DNA of 13,826 bases. Source: Candidatus Fraserbacteria bacterium. GTDB taxonomy: Bacteria; Bipolaricaulota; Bipolaricaulia; RBG-16-55-9. Below the pieces are notes generated by a model. That model did no database searches, was not told where the DNA came from, and saw nothing but the letters and a program-made list of their open reading frames with translations. This document shows positions 1 to 6,983 of the stretch, one piece after another. Made by a program: the position numbers and the translations under genes. The stretch covers positions 1-13,826 of the forward strand of contig JBBIPG010000061.1 in the NCBI GenBank assembly GCA_037442925.1. Reading direction: 5' to 3'. The first letter of the stretch is position 1. Every line of letters begins with the position of its first letter.

Positions 1-1065
1 ACGTATCAGCCCTCGACAGAATTGATCGAGTTCGACGGCCAGAAGGTCCCGGCAGCCTACGCCAGTGTGGTCCAGAACGATCGTACGCCGTTCGGGCTTC
101 TCGTACGACAAATCCATCATTGGTCGGCACATGTGATGATCGCTGCCATCATTTTGCATCTCCTGCGAATCTTCTTCACCGGGCTCTACAAGAAGCCTCG
201 AGAGATCAATTGGCTTGTGGGCCTCACGCTCTTGTTCGCAACGGTGTTTGCCGCCTTCTCCGGGTATCTGCTCCCCTTCGATGAGTTCTCCGTCACGGCC
301 ACAGGCATCGGCTACAACATCGTCCGCTCGATGCCGTGGGTTGGCCCCGCGCTTGCGGATTTCATCTTTGCCGGAAAATTCCCCTCGGCGGCGACCATCC
401 CGCGCTTCTATGCCTATCACGTGATGCTTCTCCCTTTGATTTTGATCGGTCTGATCAGCCTGCACCTCTTGATCGTGCTCAAGCAGAAGCACAGCCAACT
501 GCCTTATGCTCGCCTGCGGGTGGGGAATCACAGCATCTTGGGCGTGCCGCTCTGGCCTCATCAGGTGCTCATGATGGCCATGCTCTTTTTCTTGTTGTCA
601 GGCATCTTGTTCTTGATGGCTGGTTTCTTCCCGGTCCATCCCGTGGAATTCTACGGACCTCCCGGACCAGCCACGCCGGTTGTTAAGCCAGATTGGTATC
701 TGCTCTGGCCCTATGGGGTGCTAAAGCTCATCCCCGGCTGGATCAGTCTCGACGTGGGGAATGCGACCATCAATTCCGAGAGCATGGGTGGGGTGGTCAT
801 CCCGCTCTTGATCGTTCTGCTCTTGGCACTTCTGCCCTTTATAGATCAAGCGCGCGAGCCCGTGCACGTTCTGGAGCTACCGGGAGCTCACCCGGCGCGA
901 ACGGCGGTAGGCGTAGGCGCCATTGCCTTCTTCGGCGTACTCATGATCGCGAGCTACAACGAAGAACTCGGCTTATCGGTCGGTGTGCTCCAGGTGGAGG
1001 CCCTGCTCGTTCCGCTGATCTTGGGCGGGCTTACCTACGTGGGCCTACGCGTGCGTCGAGCCTGA
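1..1065 (+). CDS. qcrB: Cytochrome b subunit of a Rieske/cytochrome b (bc-type) complex, 5'-truncated by the window
   Basis: The frame is open from position 1 (TYQPSTELIEFDG...), so the TTG at 22 is probably not the true start. Heme-ligand His pairs occur in RQIHHWSAHVMIAAIILHLLRIFFTG and YHVMLLPLILIGLISLHL. Also KKPREINWLVG, GYLLPFD and the Qo motif KPDWY; multiple TM helices; stop TGA at 1063-1065. Confidence 0.95.
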   Translation, partial: TYQPSTELIEFDGQKVPAAYASVVQNDRTPFGLLVRQIHHWSAHVMIAAIILHLLRIFFTGLYKKPREINWLVGLTLLFATVFAAFSGYLLPFDEFSVTATGIGYNIVRSMPWVGPALADFIFAGKFPSAATIPRFYAYHVMLLPLILIGLISLHLLIVLKQKHSQLPYARLRVGNHSILGVPLWPHQVLMMAMLFFLLSGILFLMAGFFPVHPVEFYGPPGPATPVVKPDWYLLWPYGVLKLIPGWISLDVGNATINSESMGGVVIPLLIVLLLALLPFIDQAREPVHVLELPGAHPARTAVGVGAIAFFGVLMIASYNEELGLSVGVLQVEALLVPLILGGLTYVGLRVRRA

Positions 1066-1074
1066 TGAAGATCA

Positions 1075-1103
1075 TTGAAAATAGGAGCCGCATGGATTAA
1101 GCT
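1075..1103 (+). promoter_or_regulatory. Putative sigma70 promoter for the 1129 ORF and downstream operon
   Basis: TTGAAA (1075-1080), 17-nt spacer, TAAGCT (1098-1103), in the gap after the cytochrome b stop. Confidence 0.5.
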
Positions 1104-1128
1104 TCTGTTTTAGGGGTGGATACGTGCG

Positions 1129-1446
1129 ATGAGTCTACGAGCGGTCGTCCTTGTGATACTCGTACTGGTTCTGATCACCGCACCCCAAATCAGAGGCTCA
1201 GGAATCTGCCCATCTACGGAACCACCCACAAATGCTGAATCGCCGGCTCATCACCCAAGCACACCTTCCACCGACTGCGGCTCCAACTCCCCACCGAGCT
1301 TCGCCGCACACTGCACGGACTGCGGAGTGGCCCTGCTGGTCGATGGGCTATTCCTACAGAAAGAGACGTTCTGGAGCTACTGGAGTCCAGTCAAGACTGT
1401 AGTCTTTCCGAGTCCACCTCCCGCTCATTGGCGTCCACCTGCCTAA
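1129..1446 (+). CDS. Small exported Cys/His protein; candidate DUF2946/CruR/CutF-like regulatory leader ORF
   Basis: 105 aa with a hydrophobic N-terminal signal (RAVVLVILVLVLITA), HH, HCTDC (CxxC at aa 62-65) and a Pro-rich C-terminus PSPPPAHWRPPA*. A purine-rich RBS (AGGGGTGGA) lies at 1112-1120. Confidence 0.65.
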   Translation: MSLRAVVLVILVLVLITAPQIRGSGICPSTEPPTNAESPAHHPSTPSTDCGSNSPPSFAAHCTDCGVALLVDGLFLQKETFWSYWSPVKTVVFPSPPPAHWRPPA

Positions 1447-1517
1447 CTCTACTCCGTTAGTCATTCGTTGATGTTGGGTTTACACAGAAGTCAATTCACT
1501 CCATTGAGGAGGTAGCG

Positions 1518-2042
1518 ATGAACCTCAAGCTTTGGACCGTTGCGCTTGTTGTCGCCATCGCTCTTGGCACAGGCGCTTACTGGATATACACCCAGAACGC
1601 GCCGCGGGACGTCGAGCCATCGAGTCTGACGACCACCGCGGTAGCCGGTGGCGTGCCGAGCATCTCGATCACGCCAGCCGTGCGCAATCTGGGTGATGTC
1701 AGTACAAGCAGGGGCACAGTCAGCACGCTCTTTGCTATCGAGAATACGGGTAACGGCGATCTGGTCATCCGCGATATGGAGACTTCCTGCATGTGCACGG
1801 AAGCAGCCGTAGTCATAGGTGACCGTGAAGGACCTCGATTCGGGATGCGCGGTCATGGCCAGCGCCCTGTGGGTTGGTCTGCTACGCTTAAACCCGGCGA
1901 GAAAGCGACCCTCAAAGTCTATTACGATCCCACAGCGCACGGAGATCTCCGCGGACCGGTCACGCGCTTGGTGCGCCTCTACTCGAATGACCCAACACAC
2001 ACCTACATAGACGTGCGCATTGAGCTCAACCAAGTGCCCTAA
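1518..2042 (+). CDS. Membrane-anchored/exported Ig-fold DUF1573-like protein (CxC motif)
   Basis: Strong SD GAGGAGGT (1506-1513) and an N-terminal TM. Motifs LGDV...F.IENTG..DLVI....TSCMCT, LKPGE and YSNDP are typical of DUF1573-type domains. Confidence 0.85.
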   Translation: MNLKLWTVALVVAIALGTGAYWIYTQNAPRDVEPSSLTTTAVAGGVPSISITPAVRNLGDVSTSRGTVSTLFAIENTGNGDLVIRDMETSCMCTEAAVVIGDREGPRFGMRGHGQRPVGWSATLKPGEKATLKVYYDPTAHGDLRGPVTRLVRLYSNDPTHTYIDVRIELNQVP

Positions 2043-2053
2043 GGAAGTGGAGG

Positions 2054-2482
2054 ATGAACGGAGCGGCGGGAAGCAAAAAGACGTGGCGGCTGGCCCTGGC
2101 AGGGCTCGTGGTGCTTGCGATTCTGGGTGGCTATGGCTATCTGCGCTCGGGCCAGCCGGCTCCGCCGCACATCGAAATCACCCCGGCTTCCTACGACTTC
2201 GGCAATATCCCTTACACCAAAGTCGAGACGAGATTCCAAGTGAGGAATGCGGGAGGAAGCCCCTTGGAGATCACCGGTGTGAGCACTTCTTGCGGCTGCA
2301 CCACGGCTGAGATCGAATCCAAGTCGCTTCTGCCAGGTGCCATCACTGGTTTGCACGTCACTTTTGATCCCCAGCTCATGGGCGAAGAAGGCGATATCCT
2401 GCGAGTTGTCTACATCAAGAGCAACGATCCCCAGCAGCCCGAGGTCGAGATCGAACTGCGGGGGATGGTCATCAAACCCTGA
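2054..2482 (+). CDS. Second DUF1573-like Ig-fold protein (paralog of 1518-2042)
   Basis: N-terminal TM, then YDFGNI...F.VRNAG..PLEITGVSTSCGCT, LLPG and KSNDP. Aligns by eye with the upstream paralog. Confidence 0.85.
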   Translation: MNGAAGSKKTWRLALAGLVVLAILGGYGYLRSGQPAPPHIEITPASYDFGNIPYTKVETRFQVRNAGGSPLEITGVSTSCGCTTAEIESKSLLPGAITGLHVTFDPQLMGEEGDILRVVYIKSNDPQQPEVEIELRGMVIKP

Positions 2483-2494
2483 GAGTGAGGTGCC

Positions 2495-3742
2495 ATGAAC
2501 CGTCGAGTGAATCTGCTCTTGCTACTACTGCTGTTCGTTCCGCTCACTGTATCTCACACGAGCATCGAGGGGGTCGCACAAGAGCCGCAACAGGTCACGG
2601 TCTTCTATAACAGCCCGTGTCGTGATTGTGTGGAGTATATCGAGGAGACTCTTCTACCCCTATTGGCTGAATTTGGCTTGCGCGACGTTGCTCAGAAGGA
2701 TTTCATCAATGATCGAACGAACCGCGCTGAGCTCAATCAACGGAGCAGCGACCTGGGCATTCCCATTCCACTCCAAGCTCACCTCGCAACGTTCATCGGC
2801 GACCGCGTTGTCTTAGAAGGGCACATCCCTGCTGAGCTTGTACGAGAACTGCTCAGCATCTCTGACCCACCCTACGACAGAATCTTGATCTATCAAGACA
2901 AGATGCCCGAGATGGGTCAAGAGGCCACAAGCTATAAGATTTGGGCTTTCCGCGGGGCTGTCAAAGAGTATTCGATCGAGACGCCCATCTCGGAGTATCT
3001 GAACTGGTTCGCTGCCAACCGCGAACAGCTTCCCGCCGCAGAGGAAGCGACGGAAGGGCGTTGGGGGCTCAAAGAGCTGTTGCCTTTGGTGCTCTGGACA
3101 GGGTTGCTCGATGGGATCAACCCCTGTGCTTTCGCCGTCCTGCTCTTCTTCCTTGCCTTCATGTTCACGCTCCAGCGCGCCCGCGCCGAGATGCTGCTCA
3201 TGGGAGGCGTTTACATCTCCATGATCTATCTGGCCTATTTTGGGATTGGGCTTGGGCTTTTGGGAGCGATCGTCATCTCCGGGGCACCACATCTCATGGC
3301 CCAGATCGGCTCATGGCTCTTGATCGGACTGGGGCTCGTCAACGTCAAAGACTATTTCTGGTACGGGCGCTGGTTCAGTCTGAGCGTCCCTAAGATTGGA
3401 CACGATAAGGTCTTCGATTGGCTAAAGCGGGCGACTCTCCCCGCGACAGCCATTGCGGGCTTTCTCGTGGGGCTATGCACGTTTCCGTGCAGCGGGGGGA
3501 TCTACGTGGCCGTGCTGGGGCTGCTCTCCACGAAGACGACGTACTGGACAGGCTTTTCATATCTTTTGCTGTACAATGTGATGTTCGTGCTTCCATTGAT
3601 TGTGCTGCTGCTGGCTTTGGGCAATCGGAGAGCCGTGGGAGCGCTCTCCCGCTGGGAGGCTCAGAACAAGCGGGCGCTCAAGCTAGGTACCGGAGTTGTG
3701 ATGATCCTCTTGGGTGCTGCTATCTTGATCTGGTTTGTGTAG
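2495..3742 (+). CDS. Exported thioredoxin/glutaredoxin-fold domain fused to a DsbD/CcdA-like transmembrane domain
   Basis: Signal peptide, then VFYNSPCRDC (CxxC). The C-terminal multi-TM domain carries GLLDGINPCAF and CTFPCSGG, the two PC motifs of DsbD-beta/CcdA. Confidence 0.85.
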   Translation: MNRRVNLLLLLLLFVPLTVSHTSIEGVAQEPQQVTVFYNSPCRDCVEYIEETLLPLLAEFGLRDVAQKDFINDRTNRAELNQRSSDLGIPIPLQAHLATFIGDRVVLEGHIPAELVRELLSISDPPYDRILIYQDKMPEMGQEATSYKIWAFRGAVKEYSIETPISEYLNWFAANREQLPAAEEATEGRWGLKELLPLVLWTGLLDGINPCAFAVLLFFLAFMFTLQRARAEMLLMGGVYISMIYLAYFGIGLGLLGAIVISGAPHLMAQIGSWLLIGLGLVNVKDYFWYGRWFSLSVPKIGHDKVFDWLKRATLPATAIAGFLVGLCTFPCSGGIYVAVLGLLSTKTTYWTGFSYLLLYNVMFVLPLIVLLLALGNRRAVGALSRWEAQNKRALKLGTGVVMILLGAAILIWFV

Positions 3743-3766
3743 CGATGTGCACGAATAAGGGCAGCC

Positions 3767-4495
3767 ATGCAGATTAGCCTCGAGCTCTTGCCGTTCTCCT
3801 TCGCCGCCGGGATTGCGACCTTCTTCAGTCCCTGCTTCGGGGCGATGCTGCCGGCGTATGTATCACTCTATTTCGCGCAGGAAGAGAGGGATCCCTCACT
3901 CTGGTGGACACGAGGCCTTCAGGGTCTGGTTTTGGGCGGCGTGATCAGTGCGGGTTTCCTTACAAGTCTGGGCGTGCTCGGGCTGATCTTTGCCGTGATC
4001 GGCAGCGCCATCGGCCGTTATCTCCCCTGGGTGGCCGTTGCCGTGGGAGCGGGAATCGCGCTCACGGGTTTGCTACTTCTCTTGCGTCCTTCGTTCTCCC
4101 TGTCGCTGGGCGCAGTGATAGGACGTTGGTTGCCCCTCAAGGCCAAGACAGATGGCAGCCTCCGCTCCTTCTATCTCTACGGGCTCTTTTACGCCGTCTG
4201 TGCTTCTGCTTGTACATTGCCGGTCTTCCTGGCTGTGATGACGCAGACTTTTCTCAGTGGGGGACTGGCCAACGGCCTGCTTCACTTTGCTGCCTATGGG
4301 TGGGGCATGTCGGTGATGATGCTCCTTTTCTCTGTGTTGCTTGCATATTCCAAGCAGATCGTCTATCGGATCTTTCACTCCATGGGGCACTGGGTGGCGC
4401 GAGCCAGCGGAGTCTTCATGATCGTTGCTGGAGGCTATGTGCTCTACTATCTGCTGATCTACGGCCGGTATCTGGATGAGCTAGTAGGGAGATGA
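3767..4495 (+). CDS. ccdA: Cytochrome c biogenesis protein CcdA (DsbD-beta family)
   Basis: FAAGIATFFSPCFGAMLPAY and ASACTLPVF redox-Cys motifs; about 6 TM helices; 242 aa. Confidence 0.9.
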   Translation: MQISLELLPFSFAAGIATFFSPCFGAMLPAYVSLYFAQEERDPSLWWTRGLQGLVLGGVISAGFLTSLGVLGLIFAVIGSAIGRYLPWVAVAVGAGIALTGLLLLLRPSFSLSLGAVIGRWLPLKAKTDGSLRSFYLYGLFYAVCASACTLPVFLAVMTQTFLSGGLANGLLHFAAYGWGMSVMMLLFSVLLAYSKQIVYRIFHSMGHWVARASGVFMIVAGGYVLYYLLIYGRYLDELVGR

Positions 4496-4547
4496 TCGAA
4501 ATCAGCCCTTGTGTTGATGGAGATCATGTAAGGAGAAAGCACCGCGC

Positions 4548-4572
4548 TGCTATAATCCAAGCACTAGCTTGG
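4548..4572 (+). promoter_or_regulatory. Extended -10 promoter with an adjacent inverted repeat upstream of resA
   Basis: TG-C-TATAAT at 4548-4556, immediately followed by the IR CCAAGC-acta-GCTTGG (4557-4572). Confidence 0.6.
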
Positions 4573-4588
4573 GAAAGAAGGGCAAGCG

Positions 4589-5197
4589 ATGCTGAAAAGA
4601 CTGACCGTCGCCGTGATCATCCTCGCCGCAGCAAGTCTTACAGCATTGGTGAGTTACTCCTATCTGACGAGCACTTTCTTTTCGCAAAACCGCTGGGTGC
4701 TGCGCGAGGGAACGGGGATCTTTTGGGAGGCCGAGCGTGCGCCCCAGGCGCTGGAACCAGCTCCAACCCTTGGCTTTCTTGCCCCGGATTTCACCCTGGC
4801 CGACCTAAACGGCCAGATGATCACGCTCAGTCAGCTTGTGGGCAAGCCCATCCTCCTGAATTTCTGGGCCAGTTGGTGCCCGCCCTGCCGCAAGGAGATG
4901 CCGGATCTTCAGGCCTTCCATGAGCAATACAAAGATCAAGTGGTCGTGCTGGGGATCAATTGGGCCGAGGAACCAGAGACCATGCGGGCTTTCCTCGAGC
5001 GCTACGATATCACGTATACGAATCTACTGGATCGGCAGGGCAAGGCCTTCGTTGCCTATCGGCTTACGGGCCTGCCTACCACGTTCTTCCTCGATGAGCG
5101 TGGGGTGATCCGTGGCGTGTGGCTGGGACCCTTGAAGACAGAAGAGATCGCGGAGGATTTCGCCAAGATCACCAAGTCCTTCCAGCTCCGGCGATGA
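4589..5197 (+). CDS. resA: Membrane-anchored TlpA/ResA-family thiol-disulfide oxidoreductase
   Basis: N-terminal TM, APDFTL, GKPILLNFWASWCPPCRKEMP and GLPTTFFLD..G (cis-Pro loop). Lies directly upstream of resB/resC. Confidence 0.92.
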   Translation: MLKRLTVAVIILAAASLTALVSYSYLTSTFFSQNRWVLREGTGIFWEAERAPQALEPAPTLGFLAPDFTLADLNGQMITLSQLVGKPILLNFWASWCPPCRKEMPDLQAFHEQYKDQVVVLGINWAEEPETMRAFLERYDITYTNLLDRQGKAFVAYRLTGLPTTFFLDERGVIRGVWLGPLKTEEIAEDFAKITKSFQLRR

Positions 5198-5210
5198 GAA
5201 AGGAACACAG

Positions 5211-6983
5211 ATGAAGTGCCCAAACTGCGGAACCACAAACACGAGTGACAGCAAGTTCTGCCACGAATGCGGCACAGCTCTCCCTCAGGCAGCAGCAGCC
5301 ATGCCCACATCTCCAAGCCGCGACGGGCCTGCATTACTCTCTTTCGATGAGAAAGTCAAGAGGGTGCAAGAGGAGTTGACCGGGCTCGACTGCGGTCGCT
5401 GCGGCTACGCAAGCTGCGCGGAGAACGCCGCCGCCATCGTGCGCGGCCAGAGCCCTTACGATTCCTGCGTCCAGGCTTCGCCCGAAGCGCGTGAGCGCAT
5501 CCGCCTGATCCTGGGCCTGCCCGAGAGCGTATCCGTATCACAGCACCTCTGGAGAACTCTCACGTCGGTGAAGCTGGCCATCGGACTCATTGCCGCTTTG
5601 GCACTGCTTTCGATCCTGGGCACGATCATCCCTCAAGGTCAGCCCGACATGAACTATGTCAACCGGTACGGGCTCACCGGCTACAAGCTGATCAAGTTCT
5701 TCACGGTCGATAAACTCTTCCATAGCTGGTACTTCTTGGGACTGCTGGCGCTTCTGGGCTTAAACACCTTGGCTTGCTTGATCAAGCGGTTTCAAGTCTC
5801 CTGGCAGCTACTGCGCCGGCCTCACGAGGGTCAATCTCCCGTGCAGCTCCTCCGGCTGGAGAATAGCCTCGAGTTGCCCACAGGAGCAGCTCCCAGTGCC
5901 TCACTGGAGCGTGTCGCTGTAATACTCACTCATAGGGGATATCGTATCCGCAGGAACGGGCTACAGCTTGCCGCCCAAAAGCATCTCATGGGCCGGCTCG
6001 GTGTCGATCTCTTCCACGCTAGCTTGCTGCTGCTCCTGATGGGTGCCATCGTCGGCGGACTCTTTGGCTTTGAGGGGTTTCAAGTTGCCCATAAGGGCGA
6101 GATCTTCGATGTGCCAGGCTCCGACTTTCAAATTCGAGTCGACGACCTCTGGACAGTCAACTACCCTGACTCCTCACGGATCAAAGACTGGTATACCCGT
6201 CTCACCGTTCTCGAGGGTGGCCAAGAGGTGAAGACCCAAACCATAGAGGTCAATCACCCCCTGACGCATAAGGGCATCAGCTTCTATCAGTCGTCGTTCG
6301 GCTCCGACTGGTTCGGAGGGGCGCAGCTCACATTTGCCGTCAAGCAAGGCGCGGATGGCACAGCTCTTAGCGAGTACGAGGTAACCGTGGGTGATACGTT
6401 CCCCCTGGAGGCAGATCTTGTGGCTAAGCTGATTGCCTTCTATCCGCACTTTGTGCTCACGGAGCAGGGACCGAGGAACCGCAGTCAAAGGCTCGAGAAC
6501 CCCGCGGCGTATCTGGAGATCTATCAGGGCAATACTCTGAAATACTGGGGCTGGACCTTCGCACACTTCCCTGACATGCAGATCTTCGTTGCCGCTGAAC
6601 CCAAGCCGAGTCCGTCTGATGATTCTGCCCCAGGACCGGGGCATGGAGGCCAGGGAGAACTGCCCTATCGCATCGAGATAGCCGGCATGCATGCTCCCGA
6701 GTTTACGGGCCTGCAATTCAGTTACAACCCCGGCATCTGGCTGCTCTATACCAGCTTCATTCTGATGACCCTGGGCATGTTCCTCAATTTCTATCTTCCG
6801 CCCCGATGGATGTGGGCAGTGGCCGAGCGCGGCCGGGTCTGCCTGGGGGGGAAGGGACGAGATGATCACGAATTCATGAGTGAGTTTGAGATAGTCGCCG
6901 AGGAGGTACGCAGGGCTCTGCCGGCGGCCTCGGCAGAAAAGGGGGAATTGCGATGTTCGACAGCACGTTCTTCTTCTACTTGA
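5211..6983 (+). CDS. resB: System II cytochrome c biogenesis protein ResB/CcsB with an N-terminal zinc ribbon and a putative [4Fe-4S] domain
   Basis: ResB motifs LTSVKLAIGL...ILGTIIPQ, FHSWYFLGLL, LFHASLLL (TM His), IEVNHPL..KGISFYQSSFG and FTGLQFSYNPG. The N-terminus has CPNC-X10-CHEC and C61-X2-C-X4-C-X16-C86. RBS GAAAGGA precedes the ATG. Confidence 0.92.
   Translation: MKCPNCGTTNTSDSKFCHECGTALPQAAAAMPTSPSRDGPALLSFDEKVKRVQEELTGLDCGRCGYASCAENAAAIVRGQSPYDSCVQASPEARERIRLILGLPESVSVSQHLWRTLTSVKLAIGLIAALALLSILGTIIPQGQPDMNYVNRYGLTGYKLIKFFTVDKLFHSWYFLGLLALLGLNTLACLIKRFQVSWQLLRRPHEGQSPVQLLRLENSLELPTGAAPSASLERVAVILTHRGYRIRRNGLQLAAQKHLMGRLGVDLFHASLLLLLMGAIVGGLFGFEGFQVAHKGEIFDVPGSDFQIRVDDLWTVNYPDSSRIKDWYTRLTVLEGGQEVKTQTIEVNHPLTHKGISFYQSSFGSDWFGGAQLTFAVKQGADGTALSEYEVTVGDTFPLEADLVAKLIAFYPHFVLTEQGPRNRSQRLENPAAYLEIYQGNTLKYWGWTFAHFPDMQIFVAAEPKPSPSDDSAPGPGHGGQGELPYRIEIAGMHAPEFTGLQFSYNPGIWLLYTSFILMTLGMFLNFYLPPRWMWAVAERGRVCLGGKGRDDHEFMSEFEIVAEEVRRALPAASAEKGELRCSTARSSST

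Noticed and set aside
1491..2033. Long antisense ORFs (also 2813-3292, 6174-6869, 8085-8486, 10444-11094)
   Set aside because: They lie antisense to well-supported genes, as expected in GC-rich coding DNA, and show no domain signatures.
4492..4923. 143-aa ORF overlapping the ccdA stop and resA
   Set aside because: It is an alternative frame over resA and a promoter, with no motifs and atypical composition.
6953..6983. 31-nt resB/ccsA overlap as a frameshifted ccsBA fusion
   Set aside because: ccsA has its own purine-rich RBS and a normal N-terminal TM, and separate resB and resC genes are common.
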